Shown piece by piece: positions 1 through 8,053 of a stretch of 64,000 nucleotides of DNA. The stretch is from the NCBI GenBank assembly GCA_965247095.1, contig OZ251997.1, positions 4,032,001 through 4,096,000 on the forward strand, given 5' to 3'. The DNA is from Candidatus Multivorans sp. (GTDB lineage Bacteria; Acidobacteriota; Thermoanaerobaculia; Multivoradales; Multivoraceae). Positions within the stretch are counted from its first letter, which is position 1; every line of letters starts with the position of its first letter. The position numbers and the translations under genes were made by a program. A model generated the notes under the pieces. The model ran no database searches and was not told the origin of the DNA. It saw nothing but the letters and a program-made list of their open reading frames with translations.

Positions 1-864
1 CGTCTCGAGCGCACTGATCGCCTGCTGGTAGCCCTCTGCTGCGTCCTCGTCGAGCGCCGAGGTCCTGACTTCGCGGATCGTGCCGACCTTCAGACCCTCG
101 ATGCCTTCTTCGATCGATTCGAGGTAGTCCTCCACCGGGAGTTCGCTGCAGGTCGAATCGCGGGGGTCGGGGCCGGCGATGGCGCCGAGCGCCAGCGCGG
201 CGTCACGTACCGTGCGGGTGAGCGGTCCGATCTGGTCGAGAGACGAAGCGAAGGCGACCAGGCCGTAGCGGGAAACGCGGCCGTAGGTTGGCTTGACGCC
301 CACGACGCCGCAGAAGGCGGCCGGTTGCCGGATCGAGCCCCCGGTATCGGAGCCCAGGGCGAGCGGCACCTCGGTGGCCGCGACCGCGGCTGCCGAACCG
401 CCGCTCGAACCGCCGGGCGCCATGTCCAGATTCCAGGGATTGCAGGTGACGGCCAGCCCTGAGTTCTCGCACGAAGAACCCATCGCGAACTCGTCCATGT
501 TCACGCGGCCGATGGGCACTGCGTCGGCAGCCAGCAGGCGCTCGACAGCACCGGCGGTGTAGGGCGCGCGGTAGCCGGAGAGAATCCGGGAGCCGCAGTT
601 CAGTTCGTGTCCGGCCAGCGAGAGGTTGTCCTTGAGCGCAGTCGGGAGGCCGGCCAGAGTGCCGAGTGATTCGCCGGAATCCCTGCGCCGGTCGATGTCG
701 GTTGCGCGTTCGGCCGCCGGTTCCCGCCAGAGTTCGAGGAACGCTCCCACCGAAGCGTCGACCTCGTCGATGCGGGCGAATGCCTGCTCGACCGTCTCGA
801 CCGCTGTTCGTTCGCCCGAACGGACGGCGGCTGCCAGCGCTTCGGCGGTCACGGTCGGCCTCAC
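1..864 (-). CDS. gatA: Asp/Glu-tRNA amidotransferase subunit A (3' end outside the window)
   Basis: Manual translation from a GTG overlapping the gatC stop gives ...LAGLPTALKDN... and the amidase signature (PGGSSGGSAAAVAA, ALGSDTGGSIRQPAAFCGVVGVKPTYGRVSRYGL); follows gatC. Confidence 0.93.
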   Translation of the reverse strand, partial: MRPTVTAEALAAAVRSGERTAVETVEQAFARIDEVDASVGAFLELWREPAAERATDIDRRRDSGESLGTLAGLPTALKDNLSLAGHELNCGSRILSGYRAPYTAGAVERLLAADAVPIGRVNMDEFAMGSSCENSGLAVTCNPWNLDMAPGGSSGGSAAAVAATEVPLALGSDTGGSIRQPAAFCGVVGVKPTYGRVSRYGLVAFASSLDQIGPLTRTVRDAALALGAIAGPDPRDSTCSELPVEDYLESIEEGIEGLKVGTIREVRTSALDEDAAEGYQQAISALET

Positions 865-1166
865 TCTGCGCCGCCGGGCGTCGCCTTGACCTGGGGCACC
901 AGAAGGAAGCGGTCGAGGGATGCGGGTGCGTTGTCCAGAAAGTCGTCGAGGAGCGGTCGGCCTCCCGCCGGCACGTCGTTGGCGGCGGCATCCTGTTCCG
1001 GGTCGGTGTCGTCCGACGGTGCGGCGCCCGCGTCGAACGTACGAAGCTGGTCGATGTAATCGACGATCTCGGAGAGCTGGGACGCGAACTTCGCTTCCTC
1101 ACCGGCCGAGAGTTGTAGCCTCGCCAGTTCGGCGATCCGCCGAAGCTCCTCGACATCCAGAGACAC
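861..1166 (-). CDS. gatC: Asp/Glu-tRNA amidotransferase subunit C
   Basis: 101 aa; 'ELRRIAELARLQLS...IVDYIDQL...FLDNAP...FLLVPQV' GatC pattern; directly upstream of gatA. Confidence 0.92.
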   Translation of the reverse strand: MSLDVEELRRIAELARLQLSAGEEAKFASQLSEIVDYIDQLRTFDAGAAPSDDTDPEQDAAANDVPAGGRPLLDDFLDNAPASLDRFLLVPQVKATPGGAE

Positions 1167-1347
1167 TTCGCTATAAGTCTAGCATTCCCCGCGATTGCGC
1201 GGCAGAAACCGGGTGCTGCTGCCCTTCTGGCCGGATGCGGCGCAAAACGCCGGCCCTCGGGAGTTTTACCGCGTTGCGGGGAGCCAAGGCACGGAGCGCA
1301 CGCTTGCATGGAACAAACCCCTCGTCCTGGCCGGCCCTTCGTGCCTA

Positions 1348-1372
1348 ATGCGGGCGAGACGCCCGCGTTCCC
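1348..1372. repeat. REP-like palindrome, family A (GGGAACGCGGGCGTCTCGCCCGCAT, reverse orientation)
   Basis: ATGCGGGCGAGACGCCCGCGTTCCC is the exact reverse complement of 43787-43811; related copies at 41704-41727 and 43736-43762. Confidence 0.8.
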
Positions 1373-1408
1373 CAGGGCGGACCGAAGTAGCGACCACGCT
1401 CTTACGGT

Positions 1409-1460
1409 GTTCCCTGCGCGACAGCGCAGCGATACCGCTGTGGGTACTTGCATGGAACAA
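1409..1460. repeat. 52-bp palindromic direct repeat, copy 1 (left of IS110)
   Basis: GTTCCCTGCGCGACAGCGCAGCGATACCGCTGTGGGTACTTGCATGGAACAA, identical to 3052-3103; internal IRs GTTCCCTGC/GCATGGAAC and CAGCG/CGCTG. Confidence 0.95.
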
Positions 1461-1500
1461 ACTGATGCTGGTTCCTTTTGGGTGAAGCGGATTCCGGGAT

Positions 1501-2820
1501 TCAGGCGGCTTGTTCAACGGCCACGAGCTTCAGGTTGAGGCGTCTGGCCTGTCGCTGGAGGTTCTTGAGTTGGCGTTCGCGCCGGACGGCCTCCATTTCG
1601 GCGAGGTCGCGTTCGACGTACTCTTCGCCGTGCGTGAGCATGGCGAAGATCATGCGGCCGAGCTGGTGGGCGGTTGCCTTGACCGCCCTCGCGGTGTCCA
1701 TGCGGTGCATTCGGCGTCGGTGGGATGCGCCGATGGCGGTCTTGCTGTTGCGGGCGGTGGTTGCGGCCATTCGCAGCGCCTGGCCGACCCGGTTGGTGTG
1801 TTGTCTGGGCTTGCCTTTGAGGCGTTTGTCGCCGCTGATGTTGGTCGGCGGAGCCAGACACAGCCACGAGCAGAAGTTGCCCTGCGAGGGAAACCGGGAC
1901 AGGTCCGGGCCGATCTCAGCGGCAAACGTCAGCGCCGTTTCGACGCCAATGGTCGGGATGGCGACCAGGTCCACTCCGAGCATGCGGTGCAGCCGCTGGC
2001 GCAGGGCGTGCTCGCGGACCTTCGAGTCCGGCGGCGAAGCCTCCCCTGCGCCGTCCTCAGCCAGCTTGTCGAGTTCGGCGTCGATGCGCTCCTCGCACAT
2101 CTCGATCTGGCCCTGCAGCATGTCGTGGCGCGCCAGCGCCTGCCTGAGGGCGAACAGATGCTCGTCGCGCCAATTGCCCTCGAGACTCGCTGCGATCGTC
2201 GCCGCGCTCGCCTTGCACCGGCCGTCACGGTGGCGGGCCAGCACCTCGCCGTCCCGCTCGCCGGCGACGATCGCGCGCACGATGAGCTGGCCGGTCTTGC
2301 CCATGATGTCGCTGAGCACGTTGTCCAACTGCACGTTCATCTGCAGGAGCGCCTTCTGAACGTGCTGCACCGAACGGCTGCGGTCGCGGATCAACTGCCC
2401 GCGCTGACGCGTATAGGAACGCAGCGGGCACAGCGCGTCCGGCGCACGAAACGCGCTCCGCAGCAACCCGTAGCTCATCAACTGCCGGATCCACTGACAG
2501 TCCAACACGTCGCTCTTGCGACCGCTCACCTGCTTCGTCGCCTTCGGATTCACCAGGTAGACCTCGAAACCCGCACGGTCGAGCACCTCGAACACCGGGA
2601 TCCAGTACACGCCCGTGGACTCCAACGCCACCTGCCGCACGCCGTGCGCCTCAAGCCACGACGCCATCGCCTCAAGATCGCGTGTGAACGACCCGAAGCT
2701 GCACACCGGGCGCTCGAAACGCGACGGGTCCACCGCCACGTAGTGCTTGCGCTTGCCCACGTCGATCCCCGCACAATCCGGGTGAACGACCTCCAGACTC
2801 TCCGCCTTCCTGCTCGCCAT
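1501..2820 (-). CDS. IS110-family transposase/recombinase (DEDD RuvC-like + Transposase_20)
   Basis: GIDVGK, ALESTG and KSDVLD supply the DEDD residues; C-terminal 'SWLCLAPPTNISG' carries the catalytic Ser; AGGAGG 8 nt before the ATG at 2820. Confidence 0.96.
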   Translation of the reverse strand: MASRKAESLEVVHPDCAGIDVGKRKHYVAVDPSRFERPVCSFGSFTRDLEAMASWLEAHGVRQVALESTGVYWIPVFEVLDRAGFEVYLVNPKATKQVSGRKSDVLDCQWIRQLMSYGLLRSAFRAPDALCPLRSYTRQRGQLIRDRSRSVQHVQKALLQMNVQLDNVLSDIMGKTGQLIVRAIVAGERDGEVLARHRDGRCKASAATIAASLEGNWRDEHLFALRQALARHDMLQGQIEMCEERIDAELDKLAEDGAGEASPPDSKVREHALRQRLHRMLGVDLVAIPTIGVETALTFAAEIGPDLSRFPSQGNFCSWLCLAPPTNISGDKRLKGKPRQHTNRVGQALRMAATTARNSKTAIGASHRRRMHRMDTARAVKATAHQLGRMIFAMLTHGEEYVERDLAEMEAVRRERQLKNLQRQARRLNLKLVAVEQAA

Positions 2821-2847
2821 CTCCAGCACCTCCTGTACGATTCAAAT

Positions 2848-3010
2848 GGTCGCGCTGGACAGAGACCGCGGCGGAAACGTCACTCTTGCATACGGGGTCG
2901 CGGCAAAAGCTGCGCCGCCAGCGTCAGAACGCCGATCACGGTCCGGGCCAAACTTGCATTGCGGGTGCGAACACACCAGTGCTTCGACGGCCTCGCTGCC
3001 CAGCGCGACC
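2848..3010 (-). ncRNA. Candidate bridge RNA in the IS110 left end
   Basis: Perfect 11-bp IR GGTCGCGCTGG (2848-2858) / CCAGCGCGACC (3000-3010) closes the region; two similar internal motifs (minus strand ACCCGCAATGCAAG and ACCCCGTATGCAAG); TTCTGC-N17-TAGAGT promoter-like element just upstream. Location matches known IS110 bridge RNAs. Confidence 0.6.
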
Positions 3011-3051
3011 CAACTCTACGCATCCTGCAACGACCGCAGAATCCACCACCC

Positions 3052-3103
3052 GTTCCCTGCGCGACAGCGCAGCGATACCGCTGTGGGTACTTGCATGGAA
3101 CAA
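3052..3103. repeat. 52-bp palindromic direct repeat, copy 2 (right of IS110)
   Basis: Identical to 1409-1460; followed after 5 nt by a degenerate partial third copy GTTCCCTGTGCGTCAGCGCGGCG (3109-3131). Confidence 0.95.
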
Positions 3104-3151
3104 TCCCTGTTCCCTGTGCGTCAGCGCGGCGCGGACGCCGCGACTCGACTC

Positions 3152-5227
3152 CTAGGCCTGCGTCAGGCTGGCGGCTTCGAGGTTCTCGATCGCCTGCAGG
3201 GTGAAAGTCTCGCCATCCATCTCGACCTCGGCGCCGGGCTCGGAGCCGAGCAGCTTGACGGCGAGGTCGGACTCGTACGAGATGATTCCGCGCTCGGGTG
3301 CGCTTTCCCAGGGGCCGAGGATGGCCAGAGTGCGCTGTTCGCCCCTTTCCGACTCGAAGACCGCCCGGTTGCCGATGCGGAGCTTGTCGCAGGCCGCGGC
3401 GGCGATGTCAATCGGCGTGGAGCGCTGCAGATCCTGCTGCAGTTGCGTGGCTATCGAAGTCAGATACTCGTGGCGTTGACGGGCCGCCTTGTACTCGAAG
3501 TTCTCGCGCAGGTCGCCGAGTGCGCGCGCTTCTTCGATCGCTCTGCGATTGGCTGGCAGCTCCTTCCCGGCCAGCTCCCGCAGTCTCTCGCGCTTTTCTG
3601 CGATTGAGGCCGGCAGGGCGTAGAGATCGCTGTGGTCGGTGTCCTGGTCGGCCACCAGATCGGGGAACTTCAGGTGCAGTGCCGCGAGCAGAGGCTCACG
3701 CCGGTAGTCCTCGAGCGCCGCGTGACGGATCGAGACGTCGGCTTGCCGGGCCTCTTCCAGGGTCAGTTCGGGCAGCAGCTTCGGGACCGTGCCGCCGGAG
3801 TCGAAGAGGGCCTTGAGGCGGAGTCGGAACGGGGCGAAGGCCTCGTGCCTCAGGGAGTGGATCAACAGGTTGAGGAGGCGGCTCTGCCGCCCGGCGCGGA
3901 GTGCCGGCTCGGCCGCGGCGCCCTCCGCGAGCCAGGTGAAGGCCGCTGGCGTGCGATGCGGCTGAACTTGGGCGCGCGCGGCGCAGCGGCGCAGCAGATC
4001 CTCGTCGATCAGGCCGGCGATCGTGCCGATCGCCTTCGTGTCGGTCTCCAGGAGGAAACGCTTCTCAAGCACTTCGCGCCAGTCGCTGCGACAGTCGGGC
4101 AGGAGGGTGTATGCCTGCTCGCGTGGACCGCGCTGCTCGATCGACGAGAAGAAGTCCAACGGATCCTCCAGGTTGGCCAGGAGTTCCTCCGCGGGCCATG
4201 AGGGCTCGGCGCCGAACCGCTCCAGTGCGCAGCGAATCTCGAACGCGAGCGCCGGCTGCTTACCGGTCAGGCGCTGGCCCAGGTCGTCCAGGAAGGCCGC
4301 CATCCGATCCCGCAGCTCCTGCGACTGATTCGCCGCTCGCCGCAGCAGGGGGACCTTGGCGCGGTTCGGCGCCCGCCTGAACTCCTGCCAGAGCGAACTC
4401 TCGGCGTCGGTCGCTTCGACCCAACGATAGGTCTGCCGGGATCCGCCGGACGACAGGACCTGCGCCTGCTTCCGCGCGCTGGTCCACCAACTCGACCAGC
4501 GTCGCTCGGGGATGATGCCGACCACGATGGCCCGCACCTCGGCCCCCGTCAGCGGGCGGTCGTAACTCTTGAGCGTCTGCTCAAGCAGCTTTGGCGGCTT
4601 CAACGTCGCCAGTTGCTCCGGTTCTTCGAGCTTCCGTCGCAGCACATGCTTCGGGGGCAGCAGGGTGAGCATCTTGCCGGCGGCCCGGAAGCCGACCGCG
4701 ACTCCCTTCGCCTTCTCGAGGTCGACCTTGAAGGTCTGCAGCGGCATGTTCACCTGGGCGATGCGGCCGACTCCTCGGGCCGTCATCTCGACGATGTCGC
4801 CGCGCTCGAATGCCATCAGGTTGCGGAGCCGGTCCACCTTGTCCCAGAGCTTGAGCGTCTCCTGCCGTCCCCGGTCCAGGTCCAGTTCGTGGAGCAACTC
4901 GTTCAGATCGGACTCGCGGTCCCGGTAGAGCTCGTGCAGAGTCTCGAGAACGGTCTCATAGACCTGGCCGCTGCGCAGATACCTGCCGCCGGCGCCGCGG
5001 ATCAGGTCCAGGCGGTCCGCCCACAGGCCGCGCTCCTGCAGTTGGTCGTCGAGCAGTTCGAGCAGTGTGCCTACACGCTCCGCTTCGCCGAGTCGAACCA
5101 GCCCACTGGTGATGGCGAGGAAGGCGTCGACCGCGATCGCTCCCTCGACCGCGGCCAGCCACTCTGCCTCGACTGCGTCGATGTCACCGCTGGCGAGGCT
5201 GTCTTGAATGCGTTGCGGGATCCTCAT
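3152..5227 (-). CDS. Long GreA/GreB-family transcription elongation factor (~690 aa, large N-terminal extension)
   Basis: C-terminus 'ELPANRRAIEEARALGDLRENFEYKAAR...ILGPWES...ISYES' is the Gre domain; start re-called at MRIPQR (5227). Confidence 0.88.
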   Translation of the reverse strand: MRIPQRIQDSLASGDIDAVEAEWLAAVEGAIAVDAFLAITSGLVRLGEAERVGTLLELLDDQLQERGLWADRLDLIRGAGGRYLRSGQVYETVLETLHELYRDRESDLNELLHELDLDRGRQETLKLWDKVDRLRNLMAFERGDIVEMTARGVGRIAQVNMPLQTFKVDLEKAKGVAVGFRAAGKMLTLLPPKHVLRRKLEEPEQLATLKPPKLLEQTLKSYDRPLTGAEVRAIVVGIIPERRWSSWWTSARKQAQVLSSGGSRQTYRWVEATDAESSLWQEFRRAPNRAKVPLLRRAANQSQELRDRMAAFLDDLGQRLTGKQPALAFEIRCALERFGAEPSWPAEELLANLEDPLDFFSSIEQRGPREQAYTLLPDCRSDWREVLEKRFLLETDTKAIGTIAGLIDEDLLRRCAARAQVQPHRTPAAFTWLAEGAAAEPALRAGRQSRLLNLLIHSLRHEAFAPFRLRLKALFDSGGTVPKLLPELTLEEARQADVSIRHAALEDYRREPLLAALHLKFPDLVADQDTDHSDLYALPASIAEKRERLRELAGKELPANRRAIEEARALGDLRENFEYKAARQRHEYLTSIATQLQQDLQRSTPIDIAAAACDKLRIGNRAVFESERGEQRTLAILGPWESAPERGIISYESDLAVKLLGSEPGAEVEMDGETFTLQAIENLEAASLTQA

Positions 5228-5380
5228 GCGGTCGCGGTCGCGGCGGTGCAAGCGGCGCGTGTGCGGATTGATGATGGTATCAAGCCGGGAAGGAGTTGGG
5301 GACGGCCTCGAAGCGGTGCGAGACTCGGAGTTGGCCGAGTCCCCACCGCACCAGGAGCTTGGGCCGCCGAACCCAGTCCG

Positions 5381-6957
5381 AGCGTAGTCCAATCCTGAAA
5401 TGAGCGTGAACGGGACCGTCATGGAGAGTCGAGTCGGGTCGGTCTCGGGGTAGTTCTGGAGCGGCAGACGGTTCTGCACCGTCTGCCGCCTGCGGTAGCG
5501 CCCGCTGCGAGGCCGCGGCGGGTTACTGGCGTTGTGTTCCGGCCTGGGCCGGTGGTGGTGGGCGGTGTATGGCATCGGGCTGCGCGGTCTGCGGTTCAGG
5601 CGCTCCGGCGCCGGTGGGGATCGGACTCCCGGTCGATGAGTTCAAAGAGTCTGGCACGAGCCAGCTTGAGGGCGCTCGCGGCGTCGAGGTCGCTCGTGGC
5701 GCCGGCCTGGTCTTGGAGGGCGGCGATGGTGACGCCGGGCCTGAGGTACCGCTCCGCGTCCGGCAGGGACTTGAGCTTCTCGAACGGCGTCATGGTGTCC
5801 TGGTAGCGGTAGCGTTTCCTGGTGCGGCCCTTCCTGTCGGTGACCTCGGTGGGAAACAGGCACGGGCGATGGAAGTTGAGGAAGGGGGTGAGCACATCGC
5901 GTGCGAAGACGTTGATCTCGCGGGCGAAGAGCTTGGGGATGTGCCGGTATCCGAACTGGCGCCGGATCACGTTGCCGTTCTTGCTCTCGACCAGGGCGTT
6001 GTCGTTGGTGTGCCGGCTGCGGGACTTGGTGAACTCGGGGACGTGCAGTTGGTTGAGCATCTCGGCGACCTTGCGGTTGATGTACTCGGAGCCGTTGTCG
6101 GCGTGGAAGCCCAGCACCTTGAAGGGGCAGGACTCGATGAGCTCCTTGAGCACCGGCACGAGACACCGTTGGGAGATGGCCCGTACCGTCGCCACGTGCT
6201 CCCACTGCAACACCTCGTCCACGAGGTTGATGTGGTACACGCCCTTCTCGCCGTCTTTGTCCCCCTGATGCACCGTGTCCACCCGCAGGTAGCCCGGCTT
6301 CCCCTCCGGCTGGGGCTTGCGTCGTTCCCCGATCCCGACCGCGGTCGACCGCGTCTTCTTGAACGTCGTCCGGCGCCGCTGGTAGGTGGTCGACTTGCGC
6401 AGGTTGTAGAACTGGCCGTTCGAGATCACAGCCAGACGCTCGAAGCGCTCGTCGCCGTACACCTCGAACTGGCGCCGCATCACCGCCCGCGTGCTGTGAC
6501 CGCACATCTGGCCCAGTGCCGCGTCGACCTCGGCGAGAAGGCCGATGTCGGCCTTCGTGTAACGCCGCCCGAATGCGTGAGGCGGCGCACCGCGGCGGTC
6601 CTCGATGCGGCCCGTCTCCCGGTGCTGCCGGATCAGCCGCGTCAACTGCGACTCGGACTTCCCGGTCATCTTCATCAGGTAGCGCCGAATCATGCCCTTG
6701 TCGCGCCTCACAAGCGCCCGGTAGCGGAACCTGACCAGCGTCTCACGGATGAACTCGTACGTCGATCCGCGGTCCACCACCACGAAGTCCACCGCCTCGT
6801 TGCCGGCCACGAAACTGCGGACCTCACAAAGAGTCTGAAGTCGGCCTGTCTGGAGCGTCACGATCATCCTCCGATGATCCCCGATACCGGCGCTTCACGC
6901 TCACTTCTCGCTGGATTCACGCACCCCGCTCACGCTCACTTCTCGCTGGACAGCTCT
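5381..6957 (-). mobile_element. IS element with rve/DDE transposase (unclassified, ISNCY-like); 5-bp TSD GTCCG
   Basis: GTCCG at 5376-5380 and 6958-6962; imperfect terminal IRs AGCGTAGTCCAATCCTGAAATGAGCGTGA vs rc AGAGCTGTCCAGCGAGAAGTGAGCGTGA; 21-bp repeat TCACGCTCACTTCTCGCTGGA at 6895-6915 and 6930-6950. Confidence 0.85.
5596..6867 (-). CDS. DDE integrase-core (rve) transposase
   Basis: 'PGYLRVDTVHQGD', 'FHADNGSEYIN', 'NDNALVESKNG' form the D-D-E triad; 423 aa intact. Confidence 0.92.
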   Translation of the reverse strand: MIVTLQTGRLQTLCEVRSFVAGNEAVDFVVVDRGSTYEFIRETLVRFRYRALVRRDKGMIRRYLMKMTGKSESQLTRLIRQHRETGRIEDRRGAPPHAFGRRYTKADIGLLAEVDAALGQMCGHSTRAVMRRQFEVYGDERFERLAVISNGQFYNLRKSTTYQRRRTTFKKTRSTAVGIGERRKPQPEGKPGYLRVDTVHQGDKDGEKGVYHINLVDEVLQWEHVATVRAISQRCLVPVLKELIESCPFKVLGFHADNGSEYINRKVAEMLNQLHVPEFTKSRSRHTNDNALVESKNGNVIRRQFGYRHIPKLFAREINVFARDVLTPFLNFHRPCLFPTEVTDRKGRTRKRYRYQDTMTPFEKLKSLPDAERYLRPGVTIAALQDQAGATSDLDAASALKLARARLFELIDRESDPHRRRSA

Positions 6958-7032
6958 GTCCGTAGCGTTCTGCGGCGCAAGCTCCTAGAATGGATGGCGT
7001 CGGCCGTGGTCCCGAACAATACCGATGGAGAT

Positions 7033-7779
7033 ATGAGCGAGGAGAATCAGGCTGTGGCGCCTGCGGGCGAGGGAGAGTCGTTCGGCTCCTGGCTTCGCAG
7101 CCAGCGTGAAGTTCGCCAGGTCGAGTTGCGGACGATCACTCAGTCGAGCAAGATCAACATCCGGTATCTGGAGGCGCTGGAGCAGGATCGGTTCGACCTG
7201 CTGCCTGCCAGCATCTTCGTCAAGGGCTTCCTCCGCGAGTACGCGCGGATCGTCGGCCTCGATCCCGACGAGGTGCTCAACTTCTACCTCGCCGCTTCGG
7301 CCCAGGAAGACCTTGAGGGCGGGATCGAGAACCTGGCGAAGGGGTCTCCAACGCGGTCGTTCGGACGGACCGTCGTGGTTGTGCTGGTCTTGGTGGCGAT
7401 CGCCTTGTTCCTCGTGTGGCGTTGCTACCCCGGTCTGGACCGCGAAGCAGCCGAGGACGTGGAGACGATGGCGCCGCCGGTTACCGAAGGGGCGCCTCCG
7501 CCACCACCGCCGGCGCCGCTGCCCGAGCAGGCCCTGCGGGTCACACTGGAGTTCCGGGCGACGAGCTGGGTTGACGTTTACAGCGACGGCGAGCGCACGG
7601 TCAGCGAGCTGCGGATTCAGGGCGAGTCCCTGACGGTTGCAGCGGACGAGGAGATCCGTCTCAAACTCCGGAACGCCGACGCAGCGACGATCGAAGTGAA
7701 CGGTGAGCCGTTCGAGCACGAAGCGGGCGACGACGAGGAGATCGTGATCGCGGCGCCGGAGACCGGCGACCCGGCTTGA
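7033..7779 (+). CDS. RodZ-like protein (HTH + TM + DUF4115-like)
   Basis: 'SFGSWLRSQRE...KINIRYLEALEQDRFDLLPASIFVKGFLREYARIVGLD', one TM segment, C-terminal 'SWVDVYSDG'. Alternative start at 6994. Confidence 0.85.
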   Translation: MSEENQAVAPAGEGESFGSWLRSQREVRQVELRTITQSSKINIRYLEALEQDRFDLLPASIFVKGFLREYARIVGLDPDEVLNFYLAASAQEDLEGGIENLAKGSPTRSFGRTVVVVLVLVAIALFLVWRCYPGLDREAAEDVETMAPPVTEGAPPPPPPAPLPEQALRVTLEFRATSWVDVYSDGERTVSELRIQGESLTVAADEEIRLKLRNADAATIEVNGEPFEHEAGDDEEIVIAAPETGDPA

Positions 7780-7833
7780 CGCGGCGTCGCTCTGAAAGCT
7801 GGACTTCCTGCCTGTGGGACCGTATCCTGCGGC

Positions 7834-7906
7834 GTGCCATCCGTGCGCCCGATGACGGACGCACGGACTGGTTCGCGAATGGCGCGGACCGCGCCATTCG
7901 GGTACC
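7834..7906 (-). repeat. 68-bp double-hairpin REP-like unit, family B (inverted copy upstream of tRNA-Pro)
   Basis: Reverse complement ACCCGAATGGCGCGGTCCGCGCCATTCGCGAACCAGTCCGTGCGTCCGTCATCGGGCGCACGGATGGCAC matches the units at 51966-52169. Confidence 0.85.
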
Positions 7907-7913
7907 GGTGCGG

Positions 7914-7990
7914 CGGGGCGTAGCTCAGCCTGGTAGAGCGCACGGTTCGGGACCGTGAGGCCGGAGGTTCGAATCCTCTCGCCCCGACCA
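7914..7990 (+). tRNA. tRNA-Pro (anticodon CGG)
   Basis: Acceptor CGGGGCG/CGCCCCG, D-arm, anticodon arm CACGG-TT-CGG-GA-CCGTG, T-loop GGTTCGAATCC, encoded CCA. Confidence 0.97.
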
Positions 7991-8053
7991 TTCCGCCGGT
8001 AACGGGTGCCTGCGCCGACAACGGGTGCCTGCTCGTCAAGTAGACTCCCGAAG

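Larger units (their letters stand above)
1463..3049 (-). mobile_element. IS110-family element (boundaries inferred from a duplicated AC/GT core)
   Basis: Contains the IS110 recombinase, a ~220-bp non-coding upstream end and a ~40-bp downstream end. AC occurs at 1461-1462 and 3048-3049; excision leaves the hairpin GCATGGAAC-AAACCC-GTTCCCTGC. Confidence 0.7.

Noticed and set aside
203-1453. 416-aa minus-strand ORF
   Set aside because: An out-of-frame overlap of gatC/gatA; the real gatA is missing from the ORF track because it runs off the window.
1409-3103. 52-bp repeats as a classical target-site duplication or integron attC sites
   Set aside because: IS110 elements do not make long TSDs, further partial copies exist outside the element, the RYYYAAC...GTTRRRY arrangement is absent and there is no integron integrase.
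5270-5375. 6S or SRP RNA in the greA upstream hairpins
   Set aside because: Hairpins are present but the diagnostic motifs are not convincing; one arm is explained by the IS target palindrome.
5569-7032. 736-aa ORF as a RodZ fusion
   Set aside because: The N-terminal ~480 aa is the antisense shadow of the transposase; RodZ-like sequence begins at ~6994-7033.
7914-7990. tRNA-Pro as an integration site for an island
   Set aside because: No duplicate of the tRNA 3' end was noticed and housekeeping genes follow directly.
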